Positions 35,532 through 46,147 of a DNA stretch of 64,000 bases are shown here, in pieces; position 1 is the first letter of the stretch, and every line of letters starts with the position of its first letter. Source of the stretch: Minisyncoccota bacterium. Lineage in GTDB: Bacteria; Patescibacteriota; Minisyncoccia; Phycocordibacterales; UBA9973. The notes under the pieces are model-generated. The model was not told the DNA's origin and searched no databases. It was given only the letters and a program-made list of their open reading frames with translations. The translations under genes were made by a program, and so were the position numbers. The DNA lies in assembly GCA_036517375.1 (NCBI GenBank), contig DATDWM010000018.1:9004-73003 (forward strand). Reading direction: 5' to 3'.

Positions 35532-36200
35532 ATGGACATAGAGATAAAGACAACTACAGAACCTAAAGTTGCTGCAGAATTTCTGGCTAGCCGGATTTTA
35601 GAAAAGTTAGGACTCAATAAAAAAGTTCTGTGGTTTGTACCTGGTGGTTCTTCAATAAAGGTTGCCGCAGAAGCGGCAAAAATAATTTCAAAAAATCCGC
35701 ATCAGAACCTCGCTGTGATGCTTACAGACGAGCGCTATGGACCCGTCGGATTTCCGGATTCGAATTGGCAGCAACTCCTCGACACCGGGTTTTCTTTAGT
35801 GGAAGCGAAGCTAATGCCCGTTTTAAACGGTAGTGCCAGAGAAGAGACAACAGAGAATTTCAACATAAATCTAAAGTTAGAATTAGAGAGAGCGGATTAT
35901 AAAATTGGTTTATTCGGAATAGGGACCGATAGTCATACAGCTGGGATTTTACCGGAAAGCCCCGCGATTGAGAGTAAAGAATTTGCCTTTAGGTACAATA
36001 CGGAGAAATTTGAACGCATTACCATAACACCCAAAACCATAGTAGAATTAGACGAAGCTGTTGTTTTCGTGCAAGGGGAGGGGAAATGGGGAGTGCTCGA
36101 GAATTTTAAAAATAAAAATGTAGATCTCCGGACAGCGCCAGTGCAGATTTTAAAAGTAGTGCCCAAAGTTACAATTTTTAGTGATTATCCAAATAAGTAA
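35532..36200 (+). CDS. pgl: 6-phosphogluconolactonase (Pgl/NagB family)
   Basis: PGGSS, DERY, SNW, GIGTDSHTA, RITIT; adjacent to gnd and zwf. Confidence 0.75.
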   Translation: MDIEIKTTTEPKVAAEFLASRILEKLGLNKKVLWFVPGGSSIKVAAEAAKIISKNPHQNLAVMLTDERYGPVGFPDSNWQQLLDTGFSLVEAKLMPVLNGSAREETTENFNINLKLELERADYKIGLFGIGTDSHTAGILPESPAIESKEFAFRYNTEKFERITITPKTIVELDEAVVFVQGEGKWGVLENFKNKNVDLRTAPVQILKVVPKVTIFSDYPNK

Positions 36201-36207
36201 AAATAGT

Positions 36208-37074
36208 ATGAAAAAAATTGCAGTTGCAGGATTGGGTAAAATGGGAAGTCAGATAGCAAAAAAACTTGAAGAGGGTGGTTTTATTGTAATTCCGCATCAT
36301 ACAGAGGATGACAAGAGTAAGACATTAAATGCTTTCAGTGAAGATCAGGTAGTGATTTGGTTAATGATTCCTTCAGGGGTAGTAGACGCGCAACTAGACC
36401 TATGGCTTAAATTAATTCCGAAGGGAAGTATTTTAATAGACGGCGGAAATTCTGATTTCAGGCTCACAAAAGTGCGAGCGGAAAAAGTGGCGGGCTTAGG
36501 TTCTGTCCTGCTTGACATCGGTACCAGCGGTGGAGTCTGGGGGTATCAAAACGGCTTTGCTATGATGTGTGGTGGAGAAAAAAATTCATTTGAAATAATT
36601 GAACCAGTTTTAAAAACCTTGGCATTGCCCCTAGGCGCGTATCATCATTTCGGAGAGAGTGGTTCAGGGCACTTTGTAAAAATGACCCACAACGCCATTG
36701 AGTACGGCATGATGGAGTCCTTAGCGGAAGGCTATCGACTACTTAAGGAAGGACCGTATAAAAATATTGACCTCGTCGCGGCAGGTGAAGTATGGCAACG
36801 TCACAGTGTTATCACTTCTTGGCTGAATGAACTCACTCGGGATGCTTTGAAAGAAAATCCGGAGCTCGGAGGCATTGAGGGTGTAGTAGCAGAATCCGGT
36901 GAGGCACGCTGGGCACTTGAGGTAGCTCAAAATTTAAAAATAGAAACGCCTTCAATTCAGGCTGCATTTGATGTACGTCTCCAGTCTCAGAAAGGAAAAA
37001 TTAATTTTACCACCAAGTTGCTCGCAGCTATGCGGAATGCCTTCGGCGGGCACAATATTCATGGAAAACAATAG
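36208..37074 (+). CDS. gnd: 6-phosphogluconate dehydrogenase (decarboxylating, short type)
   Basis: GLGKMG, IDGGNS, GTSGG, HFVKMTHNAIEYG, SGEARW, MRNAFGGH. Confidence 0.92.
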   Translation: MKKIAVAGLGKMGSQIAKKLEEGGFIVIPHHTEDDKSKTLNAFSEDQVVIWLMIPSGVVDAQLDLWLKLIPKGSILIDGGNSDFRLTKVRAEKVAGLGSVLLDIGTSGGVWGYQNGFAMMCGGEKNSFEIIEPVLKTLALPLGAYHHFGESGSGHFVKMTHNAIEYGMMESLAEGYRLLKEGPYKNIDLVAAGEVWQRHSVITSWLNELTRDALKENPELGGIEGVVAESGEARWALEVAQNLKIETPSIQAAFDVRLQSQKGKINFTTKLLAAMRNAFGGHNIHGKQ

Positions 37075-38089
37075 TACAGCTTACATTATTTTCGGGGCTT
37101 CTGGAGACTTAGCTAAGAGGTATTTATTGCCTGCGCTCGCGAATATGAATTACGAGGGTATCATTGTTCCTATTTCACGCAAGGATTATGGGAATTTAAA
37201 AAAATTAATTCCGAGCGACGGGAATAAGATATTTCACCTAGCAATTCCTCCCAAGGGTGTGACAGAAGCTGTTCGATTAATCAGCGAGAACTTTGGTAAA
37301 GCAAATAATATTAAAATAATGCTAGAAAAACCTTTCGGTCAGGATTTAAAGTCCGCGCAAGATCTAGTAGAGCACGTAGACCAATATTTTAATGAAGATC
37401 AGATTTATCGCATTGATCACTACTTGGCTAAAAAATCTGTACAGGAAATTACTCGAACGGATTGGAATAAAAGTAATGTCCAAAGTATTGAAATTATAGC
37501 TAGTGAAAAAATAGGTATTGAAGGCCGGGTAAATTTTTATGAGCAGACTGGGGCACTGCGGGACTTTGTACAGAGCCACCTGCTCGAGCTCGTGGCAATT
37601 ATTTTAATGAAGGAGGGGGAAGAATCAGTGGCAGAGCGACGCCATACGGCTCTTCAGAATTTAGAAGTTGTCTGTGACATAACTTTACACGAATGTGTAA
37701 AAAGAGGACAATATGAGGGATACAGAGAGGAGGTTGGTAATCCCAAAAGCCTAACAGAGACCTTTGTATCCATAAATATGATTTCCAATGACCCTCTATG
37801 GCGTGGAATACCGATAACCATGGCTACCGGAAAGGCGCTACAAGAAAAATTTACACACATAAAGATAAAATATAAAAATGGAGGCATTAAAATTTTTAAT
37901 ATCGAACATGAACCAGATGCGTATGAGCATGTAATCGAGGCAGCCCTCGAGGATAAGCACAATTTATTTATCTCGAGCGGAGAAGTATTAGAGAGCTGGA
38001 GAATTCTGGATGCTGTGCAGGAGAGCTGGAAGCATTCTAAGGATGATTTGATAATCTATAAAAAAAATAGTAGTATAAACGATATCTAA
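37061..38089 (+). CDS. zwf: glucose-6-phosphate 1-dehydrogenase, shortened (~342 aa)
   Basis: FGASGDLA, EKPFG, RIDHYLAK, RDFVQSHL, TETF, TGK. Confidence 0.88.
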   Translation: MENNSTAYIIFGASGDLAKRYLLPALANMNYEGIIVPISRKDYGNLKKLIPSDGNKIFHLAIPPKGVTEAVRLISENFGKANNIKIMLEKPFGQDLKSAQDLVEHVDQYFNEDQIYRIDHYLAKKSVQEITRTDWNKSNVQSIEIIASEKIGIEGRVNFYEQTGALRDFVQSHLLELVAIILMKEGEESVAERRHTALQNLEVVCDITLHECVKRGQYEGYREEVGNPKSLTETFVSINMISNDPLWRGIPITMATGKALQEKFTHIKIKYKNGGIKIFNIEHEPDAYEHVIEAALEDKHNLFISSGEVLESWRILDAVQESWKHSKDDLIIYKKNSSINDI

Positions 38090-38091
38090 TT

Positions 38092-39585
38092 ATGACGCCC
38101 AAAAAGGTTAAAAAATTAAGTCCGAAAATGTTAGGGCAAGGTCTTACTTTTGATGACGTTCTTCTCGTGCCTGGGTATAGTGAAGTATTACCAAAGGACG
38201 TCAGTACTAAGACTCGCCTTACAAAAAATATTACTCTCCACATTCCACTCATGTCTGCCGCCATGGATACAGTTACGGAAAGCGTTATGGCCATTGCCAT
38301 GGCTCAGCAAGGTGGCATCGGCATTATTCATAAAAATTTAGGAATAACTGACCAAGCCCGCGAAGTAGAACGCGTCAAGCGCTACGAATCCGGACGCATT
38401 GTAAATCCTATTACCTTACCTTTTAATGCAACAGTTGGGGATGCTCTTCGTGTTCAAAAAACTCATAACATCGGCGGGATTCCAATAGTGGATCAAGCAG
38501 GCGTACTTTTGGGCATTGTGACCAACAGAGATCTGCGCTTTGAAAGCTTAGATAAAAGTGAGAATATTCCGATTAAAGATATTATGACCACTAAACTCAT
38601 TACCGGTAGTCCAGACACTACTCTCCTAGAAGCAAATGATTTATTTAGGAAACACAGCATTGAGAAGCTCCCACTGATAGACAAAAACAAAAAGTTGGTT
38701 GGACTCATTACTTATCGAGACATGAGGAAAAGTAAAGCTTATCCAAATGCGACTAAAGATAAAGACGGTCGGCTCGCAGTCGGAGCAGCGGTGGGTACAG
38801 GCAAGGATGCGCTTCTGTGCGTACAAACTTTAGTGGAGGCTGGAGTGGATGTGGTATGTGTTGATACCGCGCACGGGCACTCTAGGGGTGTTCTAGAAGT
38901 TGTAAAAAATATAAGGAAAGAATTTCCTAAACTTGAAATAATTGCTGGTAATGTAGCGACAGGGGAAGCGGCTCTGGCACTTATCAAAGCAGGAGCAAAT
39001 GTAATTAAAGTTGGCATTGGTCCAGGTTCTATTTGTACGACCCGCATCGTCTCCGGTGTTGGGGTACCTCAACTCTCGGCAGTGGCGGATGTGTATAAAG
39101 TTTGTGGCCCGCTCGGAGTATCTGTTATCGCAGACGGTGGAGTGAAACACAGTGGAGACATTGTGAAGGCGCTTGTTTTCGGAGCAGATGTGGTGATGGC
39201 GGGTGGAGTATTTGCCGGTACTGATGAGTCACCAGGGGACACTATCGTCGTCAATGATCAAAAATATAAAAAGTACCGAGGCATGGGTTCCTTGGGCGCA
39301 ATGCAGAGAGGCTCGAAAGATAGATACTTCCAAGACGACCAATATGATCCAATCAAACTTGTACCCGAAGGCGTCTCCGGCCACGTGGCCTATAAGGGCG
39401 CAGTGGGAGAAGTAATACATCAATACATTGGCGGATTGCGAGCTGGCATGGGTTACTTAGGTGCTAAGGAAATAAATTCCCTGCGCGGTGCTTCTTTTTA
39501 TACAATTACTTCCGCAGGACTAAATGAAAGTCACGTACACGATATTTTTATGGTCGCCCCCACTCCTAATTATAAAAAACAATGA
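38092..39585 (+). CDS. guaB: IMP dehydrogenase
   Basis: [19 protein letters not shown] pair, [16 protein letters not shown]. Confidence 0.96.
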   Translation: MTPKKVKKLSPKMLGQGLTFDDVLLVPGYSEVLPKDVSTKTRLTKNITLHIPLMSAAMDTVTESVMAIAMAQQGGIGIIHKNLGITDQAREVERVKRYESGRIVNPITLPFNATVGDALRVQKTHNIGGIPIVDQAGVLLGIVTNRDLRFESLDKSENIPIKDIMTTKLITGSPDTTLLEANDLFRKHSIEKLPLIDKNKKLVGLITYRDMRKSKAYPNATKDKDGRLAVGAAVGTGKDALLCVQTLVEAGVDVVCVDTAHGHSRGVLEVVKNIRKEFPKLEIIAGNVATGEAALALIKAGANVIKVGIGPGSICTTRIVSGVGVPQLSAVADVYKVCGPLGVSVIADGGVKHSGDIVKALVFGADVVMAGGVFAGTDESPGDTIVVNDQKYKKYRGMGSLGAMQRGSKDRYFQDDQYDPIKLVPEGVSGHVAYKGAVGEVIHQYIGGLRAGMGYLGAKEINSLRGASFYTITSAGLNESHVHDIFMVAPTPNYKKQ

Positions 39586-40967
39586 AAATAAAAAGCATGA
39601 TCATGCCTATTATCGGACTCCAGTGGGGAGACGAGGGTAAGGGCAAGGGAGTTGCGCGCATTGCCTCAAATTTAAAAAAGGAAGATCTGATTGTAAGGTT
39701 CCAGGGTGGTAACAACGCCGGGCATACTATCTGGCATAAAAGTATTTGTTATGTTTTTCACCTTATACCTTCTGGAGTCTTCGGCCAAGCGCAAATACAT
39801 CTAGGAGCCGGGATGGTCATTGATCCATCTGCACTCCAGAAAGAAACACTGACGATCCCCCCTGGTGTATCTTTTATGAATCGCATGTCAGTCTCACCGC
39901 ACGCCATACTCACTATGCCGACACACTTGATTCTAGACTCTATCTCTGAGCGAACCCGCGGTAAGAAAAAGATCGGCTCTACCGGTAAAGGTATTTCACC
40001 CTCTTATACTGACCTCACTCTTAGGCGAGCGCTGAGGGTTGGAGATATTTTTAATAATGACTTTCAAAAAAAATACACGGAACTTCGCAACGAACACAAA
40101 AGAACACTACTCAAAGACTTTGGACACGAAGTAGGTGCAAAAGAATTAAAAGAGAAGGAAGCTAATTTTTTCAAAGGAATTAAATTTCTGAAGTCGCTTG
40201 CGGTCACAGACTCAGCAGAGATAGTCTCAAGAGCATTGTCTCGGGGCAGGAAGGTAATAGCCGAAGGCGCGCAGGGAGCACTACTTGATGTCCGCTTTGG
40301 ACACTATCCGTATGTTACTTCTTCCCACACGATTGCGAGCGGAGTGGGTACTGGGCTCGGTATTCCGCCTTCATACATTGGAGGTGCGATTGGAATTTTT
40401 AAAGCCTACACCACCAAGGTGGGTGAAGGCCCTTTCCCGACAGAACTCGGAGGTCTCACGTCTGCAGTCTGGTGTCGCGACAAAAAGATGGTGGATGAAA
40501 AAGCAAAGTTTCCACTGCCCGACCCAGACAGCAAGAGTGAATTTGAGCAAGGTGTGGCTCTCCGAAGAATGGGAAATGAAATCGGCGCAACCACAGGTAG
40601 ACTTCGCCGCACAGGCTGGGTGGATATTCCGCTTCTTCAGTACGCGATAGAAATGAACAACGTTACAGAATTAGTTTTGACCAAGCTTGATGTATTAAGT
40701 GGTTTTAAAAATATAAAAGTTTGTACTTCTTATAAAATAAATAACAAAGAGACAGAAAAAATTCCTTTTGATCTCTCTCGGGTAAATGTAAAACCAGTCT
40801 ATAAAACATTCCCCATCTGGGAGGGAAAACTCTCGGATTATGGAAATAAATTGCCTAAGGAAGCTCTTACGTATGTTAAATTTTTGGAAAAAACTCTAGG
40901 CGCAAAAATAATCTACGTCGGCACGGGGCCAGAGGAACACCATGTAGTAGAGCGGAATTGGAAATAA
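39582..40967 (+). CDS. purA: adenylosuccinate synthetase
   Basis: GLQWGDEGKGK, QGGNNAGHT, EGAQG, GATTGRLRR, TKLD. Confidence 0.95.
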   Translation: MKIKSMIMPIIGLQWGDEGKGKGVARIASNLKKEDLIVRFQGGNNAGHTIWHKSICYVFHLIPSGVFGQAQIHLGAGMVIDPSALQKETLTIPPGVSFMNRMSVSPHAILTMPTHLILDSISERTRGKKKIGSTGKGISPSYTDLTLRRALRVGDIFNNDFQKKYTELRNEHKRTLLKDFGHEVGAKELKEKEANFFKGIKFLKSLAVTDSAEIVSRALSRGRKVIAEGAQGALLDVRFGHYPYVTSSHTIASGVGTGLGIPPSYIGGAIGIFKAYTTKVGEGPFPTELGGLTSAVWCRDKKMVDEKAKFPLPDPDSKSEFEQGVALRRMGNEIGATTGRLRRTGWVDIPLLQYAIEMNNVTELVLTKLDVLSGFKNIKVCTSYKINNKETEKIPFDLSRVNVKPVYKTFPIWEGKLSDYGNKLPKEALTYVKFLEKTLGAKIIYVGTGPEEHHVVERNWK

Positions 40968-41013
40968 AAACCATGAATTTGTCTTTAGTATATATATACG
41001 ATAATATAACTGT

Positions 41014-43956
41014 ATGATTTCCCGGATATATGTAGCGCCTAGAAGTTCTGATATTCGAGGGGGGCAAATTGACTCTTATCTTCTGGAACACGAGCTTACT
41101 CCGGAAATGCTCATTTTAGTTGGCCGCGCGCTTGCAAATCCTATCACGGAAAACTTCTCAATAAACAAACTACCTAAAGTAAAACCATTTAGTTATGCTA
41201 TAGAAATTGGTTTCAAGCCCGGGGTCACCGACAATGTCGGACATACAACTCGGGAGACCATTATTGATTTACTACACCTAGAGAACGGGGAGAATTTGAG
41301 TGTTTATTCTTCCAAAATTTTTTTAATTTCTAAATCTATCAAAATGGAAGCAGTAAAGAAACTCGCACTGTCTCTCTATAATCCATTGATAGAAACAGCA
41401 TATATCACCACCCTTGAAGCCATAAGAAAGGAGAACAACTTTCCTTTAAAAATTCCCCAAGTTATTCTAGAAAAAAGGACTTCTATTGTTAATGTTCCTT
41501 TAGCTGTCTCTGACGAAGAGCTTATCAAGATTGGCAGAGAAGGAATAGTAGACGACAACGGAAGCCGCCGAGGACCCTTAGCGCTTGACCTTGACTCAAT
41601 GAACGCCATTGCCGAATATTTCGTAAAATTACGTAGAGATCCGACTGATATAGAACTCGAGTCCTTAGCCCAGACCTGGAGCGAGCATTGTAAACATACA
41701 ATTTTTGCCAATCCGATAGACAACATTAAGGATGGTTTATACAAGACGTATATTAAGGGCGCCACAAATTTAATCAGGAAGAAACTAGGTAGGAAAGATT
41801 TCTGCGTATCTGTTTTTAAAGACAACTCCGGGGCTATCGGTTTCGATGAAGAATTTTTAATCACCCATAAAGTAGAAACTCACAACAGTCCTTCGGCGCT
41901 TGACCCCTACGGCGGAGCCATTACTGGTATTGTTGGGGTAAATCGTGACTGTCTCGGATTTGGCTTAGGTGCTAAGCCCGTAGCCAACACGTATGGATTT
42001 TGTTTTGGCGAACCAGAAGACACTAGGCCACTATTTCGGGATAAAAATATGACTCAAAAGATGTTCCCGCCGAAACGTATTATGGAAGGCGTGATCAAAG
42101 GCATCAATACGGGCGGGAATTGTTCCGGCATTCCTACAATTTCCGGATTTGTGCGTTATGACGATAGATATCGGGGCAAACCGCTAGTTTTCGCAGGGAC
42201 GGTGGGACTCATTCCAAGAACAATAAATAATTTACCTTCTCACGAAAAGAGCGCCAAAGCTGGAGACTATATTGTGGTGGTAGGTGGCAGGGTCGGCGCT
42301 GATGGTATCCATGGCGCTACTTTTTCATCCGTTGTCATGGACTCATCTTCTCCGGCAACAGCGGTGCAAATTGGCGACCCGATAACTCAAAAGAAATTTA
42401 GTGATGCGATAGTCAAGGAAGCGCGCGGAATGAATTTGTACAACAGCATCACGGATAACGGCGCCGGAGGAATTTCCTGCTCGGTGGCAGAAATGGCAAA
42501 GGAGTGCGACGGAGCTACAGTTAATTTGGAAAAAGTGCCACTAAAATATCCAGGTCTGCGACCTTGGGAAATTTGGATTTCCGAATCCCAAGAACGTATG
42601 ACTCTAGCCGTGCCACCGAAAAAGTGGCCAGTATTTAGCGCCCTAATGCAGAGCCGGGGAGTAGAAGCCACTGTGATAGGTGAGTTCAATAATTCCGGAA
42701 AATGTGTGGTGAAATGGGAAAGCAAAGTTATTATGGATTTAGAACTTGAATTTTTACACAACGGCTTACCTCAAAAACAGCTAACCACAACCCCGCATCA
42801 AAATAAATTCTCTGAGCCTAAACTCCCGTCTGGATTCTCTCGTACCAAAGTCTTTGAAGAATTACTCGGAAATAATAATATCTCAAGCTTCTCTTTTATT
42901 TCAGAGCAATACGACCACGAGGTTCAGGCATCTTCGGTTTTAAAACCACTCTCGGGTAGAGGAATGATAAACACTGAGGCACAAGTTTTCAAGCCAGTAC
43001 TTTCTTCCAACAAAGGAGTAGTGCTCGCTTCTGGCCTGTGTCCTTCCTACTCTGACATTAGTACGTATAGTATGGCAGCAGCGGCCCTCGATACTGCTGT
43101 GCGTAATACTGTTGCCGCCGGGGGCACACTCGGGGAACTCGCTATTTTAGACAATTTCTGTTGGTGCTCATCCTATGATAAAACTAGGCTTGCGGAGCTT
43201 GTGGACGCACTCAAGGCCTGCTACGACGGGGCTCTGGCCTATAGCACGCCTTTCATCTCCGGCAAGGATAGTATGTTTAATGACTTCCAAGGATATGATG
43301 AAAAAGGGAAACCTGTAAAGATTTCTATCCCACCTACACTACTTATCTCTGCGATAAGCGTAATGCCGGATATTTATAAAACAGTTTCGCCGGAATTTAA
43401 AAACGCTGGAGATGTAATTTATTTATTAGGAGAGACGAATGATGAGTTAGGAGCTTCTGAGTATTACAAGCTACTTGCTAAGCATGAGAAAAATAATGCT
43501 ATTGGAAATAAAGTACCGCAGGTAAATTTCAAGAAAAATCTGAAAACTTATTTAGCCTTAGAGGAAGTTATCGAAAAAGAACTCCTGGTTTCCTCTCTGT
43601 CAGTTTCTTCCGGAGGGTTAAGTGTTGCTTTAGCTAAATCATCTGTAGGTGGAATGCTTGGATGTAATATTAGTCTCGAGAATTTATCAGGAACCCTCTA
43701 CGGAGGAGACTCCTCCGTAGACTCCGTAGTAGATGCCAAGCTCTTTTCTGAAAGCCAAGGCCGGATCCTGGTTTCCGTCTCACCTAAGAATATTTTAAGG
43801 TTCAAGAAAACAATGAGAGGAATTCCATACACCGAGCTTGGGAAAGTTTCTAAAGATGGAAAAGTTGTAGTAATGGACGGCAAAAACAAGGTAGTCGAAA
43901 GTGCAGTCAAAAAATTACGAGATATTTATCATGCAATGTCTCAAAGAATGAAATGA
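41014..43956 (+). CDS. purL: phosphoribosylformylglycinamidine synthase PurL with N-terminal PurS-like extension
   Basis: KPGVTDNVG, QTWSEHCKH, KVETHNSPS, DGIHGATFSS, DNGAGG, ISGKDSM. Confidence 0.94.
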   Translation: MISRIYVAPRSSDIRGGQIDSYLLEHELTPEMLILVGRALANPITENFSINKLPKVKPFSYAIEIGFKPGVTDNVGHTTRETIIDLLHLENGENLSVYSSKIFLISKSIKMEAVKKLALSLYNPLIETAYITTLEAIRKENNFPLKIPQVILEKRTSIVNVPLAVSDEELIKIGREGIVDDNGSRRGPLALDLDSMNAIAEYFVKLRRDPTDIELESLAQTWSEHCKHTIFANPIDNIKDGLYKTYIKGATNLIRKKLGRKDFCVSVFKDNSGAIGFDEEFLITHKVETHNSPSALDPYGGAITGIVGVNRDCLGFGLGAKPVANTYGFCFGEPEDTRPLFRDKNMTQKMFPPKRIMEGVIKGINTGGNCSGIPTISGFVRYDDRYRGKPLVFAGTVGLIPRTINNLPSHEKSAKAGDYIVVVGGRVGADGIHGATFSSVVMDSSSPATAVQIGDPITQKKFSDAIVKEARGMNLYNSITDNGAGGISCSVAEMAKECDGATVNLEKVPLKYPGLRPWEIWISESQERMTLAVPPKKWPVFSALMQSRGVEATVIGEFNNSGKCVVKWESKVIMDLELEFLHNGLPQKQLTTTPHQNKFSEPKLPSGFSRTKVFEELLGNNNISSFSFISEQYDHEVQASSVLKPLSGRGMINTEAQVFKPVLSSNKGVVLASGLCPSYSDISTYSMAAAALDTAVRNTVAAGGTLGELAILDNFCWCSSYDKTRLAELVDALKACYDGALAYSTPFISGKDSMFNDFQGYDEKGKPVKISIPPTLLISAISVMPDIYKTVSPEFKNAGDVIYLLGETNDELGASEYYKLLAKHEKNNAIGNKVPQVNFKKNLKTYLALEEVIEKELLVSSLSVSSGGLSVALAKSSVGGMLGCNISLENLSGTLYGGDSSVDSVVDAKLFSESQGRILVSVSPKNILRFKKTMRGIPYTELGKVSKDGKVVVMDGKNKVVESAVKKLRDIYHAMSQRMK
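43697..43721. repeat. perfect palindrome inside purL
   Basis: TCTACGGAGGAG-A-CTCCTCCGTAGA, followed by a second CTCCGTAG. Confidence 0.8.
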
Positions 43957-44720
43957 GTAAGAAAAATAAAAAACCAAAAGTAATCATTTTGTCTGGGTAC
44001 GGACTCAATTGTGAAGAGGAAACGAAGTTTGCCTTTGAACAAGCAGGGGGTGTGGCTGACATTGTACACATTAATGACCTAATCGCAGGACCTAAAATAC
44101 TCGCGGAGTATAGCATCATGGCTTTTCCGGGAGGATTTTCCTACGGAGATGACACTGGTAGTGGAAAAGCTTATGCTAATAAATTTAAAAATCATCTAGC
44201 TCAAGAATTAGAAGAATTCCTTTCCCGCGACACCCTCGTTATTGGTATTTGTAATGGTTTTCAAATTATTACAAATTTAGGAATTTTACCTGGAGCTTTA
44301 ACCTACAACAGTGGTGGAAAATATTTAGATAGGTGGGTGGACCTCGAAGTTACTGGCAGGAGTCCCTGGCTTACAGGTATAAAAAAGATCTCTGTGCCAA
44401 TAGCGCACGGGGAAGGAAGATACATGCTAAGTGAAAAGGAATACAAAGCTCTGAGTAGAAAAAAGCAGATAGTGCTGAAGTATACAAAACGCACAATTTG
44501 TGAATTTCAAAACTTAGAAGCCAACCCAAATGGTTCTACACATGACATCGCGGGCGTATGTGCGTATAATGGGAGAGTGCTCGGGCTCATGCCACACCCA
44601 GAGAGAGCGATGTTCGCGCATCAGAGTCCAATGTGGCAGAAAAATAAGAAGCGGACGGAAAAGTGGGGAGACGGATTAATTATTTTTAAAAACGCGATTA
44701 AATATTTTAAAACCCGGTAG
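43953..44720 (+). CDS. purQ: FGAM synthase glutaminase subunit
   Basis: GLNC, PGGFSYGD, GICNGFQ, AHGEG, MPHPER. Confidence 0.95.
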   Translation: MSKKNKKPKVIILSGYGLNCEEETKFAFEQAGGVADIVHINDLIAGPKILAEYSIMAFPGGFSYGDDTGSGKAYANKFKNHLAQELEEFLSRDTLVIGICNGFQIITNLGILPGALTYNSGGKYLDRWVDLEVTGRSPWLTGIKKISVPIAHGEGRYMLSEKEYKALSRKKQIVLKYTKRTICEFQNLEANPNGSTHDIAGVCAYNGRVLGLMPHPERAMFAHQSPMWQKNKKRTEKWGDGLIIFKNAIKYFKTR

Positions 44721-44746
44721 GTAATTCTACTGAGTAAATAATAAAT

Positions 44747-46147
44747 ATGGAAGATAAAGGAGAAAAATGCGGTATCGTAGGCATATACGGCAAGAAATTA
44801 GAAGTTTCTCGCTTGGCATTTTTCGGACTGTTTGCGCTTCAACACCGAGGCCAAGAAGCCTCAGGCATTACTACTAACAATGGGAGCAAGCTACTTACTC
44901 ACAAGGGCGTGGGTTTGGTGGCCCAAGTTTATACGGAAGAAGCTATTAAATTCCTAAAAGGCAACATTGCTGTGGGTCACAATAGATATTCAACCTCAGG
45001 CGGAGGCGCCCTGGAACACGCTCAGCCAGTTGTAAATAAGGAAGAATTGTTTGCCCTAGCGCACAATGGCAATCTTCCTTCCGTGAAAGCGCTACAGGAT
45101 TTCCTCTCTTCCAAAGGAGTTTTAGAACAAAATCGTTCCGACTCAGAACTCATCACGGACGCAATAGATTTTTATTTAAAAGAGAATGTTGCTCTGCCAG
45201 AAGCCATTAGAAAAGTATTTCCACTTATTACCGGTGCCTTTGCATTAGTTATGATGGATCAGAATACCTTAGTAGCAGTACGAGACACTTATGGTATGCG
45301 TCCGCTCTCAATAGGCACTCTAAAAGATGGAACTTATATTATTGCTTCTGAAACTTGCGCGCTCGAAACCCTTGGCGCAAAATTTGAAAGGGATGTGTTG
45401 CCGGGAGAAATGATAGTGATAAATAAAAGCGGGCTTGCGAGTGTCACGCTCGCCAAAGCCAATCCCAAACACGATATTTTCGAATATGTTTACTTTGCTA
45501 GGCCGGATAGTGTCATGAACGGAAAATTAGTTTATGAAGTGCGTCGGAACTTTGGGGTTACCTTGGCAGAGGAAATATCTTTAGATGTAGACATAGTGGT
45601 ACCAGTGCCAGACACAGCGGTGCCAGTAGCCATAGGTTATAGTGAAGGGACCAAAATCCCCATTGAAATGGCTCTGGTTAAAAATAGATACGTGCATCGA
45701 ACATTTATTGAACCAGACAGAAAATCTCGCCAGAAAAGCGTGGCGCTCAAGCTTATTCCTCTCCGGGAGATGTTGAAAGGGAAAAGAATTGCCTTAGTGG
45801 ACGACTCTATTGTACGCGGAACTACTAGTCAAAAGTTAATCAAAACAATATTTGACGCTGGAGCTAAAGAGGTACATTTTATTATTTCTTCACCGCCAGT
45901 TCGTTTCCCGAACTTTTATGGCATCGACACTCCGAAACAAAAAGATTTAATTGCTTCCACAAAAACAGTAGAGGAAATTCGTAAATTCCTCGGTGCCACC
46001 TCACTCCATTTTTTATCTTTAGATGGACTTATTAAATCAGTCGGCTTACCTCGGGAGCATTTATGTACTTCATTTTTTAATGGAGAGTACCCGATAGATT
46101 TACTAGAGCGAATAAGTGAAGTAAGTTATGACGTCCCAAAAGAGTAA
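44747..46147 (+). CDS. purF: amidophosphoribosyltransferase
   Basis: Short propeptide then CGIVG, LQHRGQ, HNRYST, HNGN, VDDSIVRGTT. Confidence 0.95.
   Translation: MEDKGEKCGIVGIYGKKLEVSRLAFFGLFALQHRGQEASGITTNNGSKLLTHKGVGLVAQVYTEEAIKFLKGNIAVGHNRYSTSGGGALEHAQPVVNKEELFALAHNGNLPSVKALQDFLSSKGVLEQNRSDSELITDAIDFYLKENVALPEAIRKVFPLITGAFALVMMDQNTLVAVRDTYGMRPLSIGTLKDGTYIIASETCALETLGAKFERDVLPGEMIVINKSGLASVTLAKANPKHDIFEYVYFARPDSVMNGKLVYEVRRNFGVTLAEEISLDVDIVVPVPDTAVPVAIGYSEGTKIPIEMALVKNRYVHRTFIEPDRKSRQKSVALKLIPLREMLKGKRIALVDDSIVRGTTSQKLIKTIFDAGAKEVHFIISSPPVRFPNFYGIDTPKQKDLIASTKTVEEIRKFLGATSLHFLSLDGLIKSVGLPREHLCTSFFNGEYPIDLLERISEVSYDVPKE

Noticed and set aside
29832-43956. Alternative genetic code (UGA as Gly/Trp)
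   Set aside because: Conserved genes are full length under code 11, and TGA terminates ftsQ-like and purL at the expected positions.
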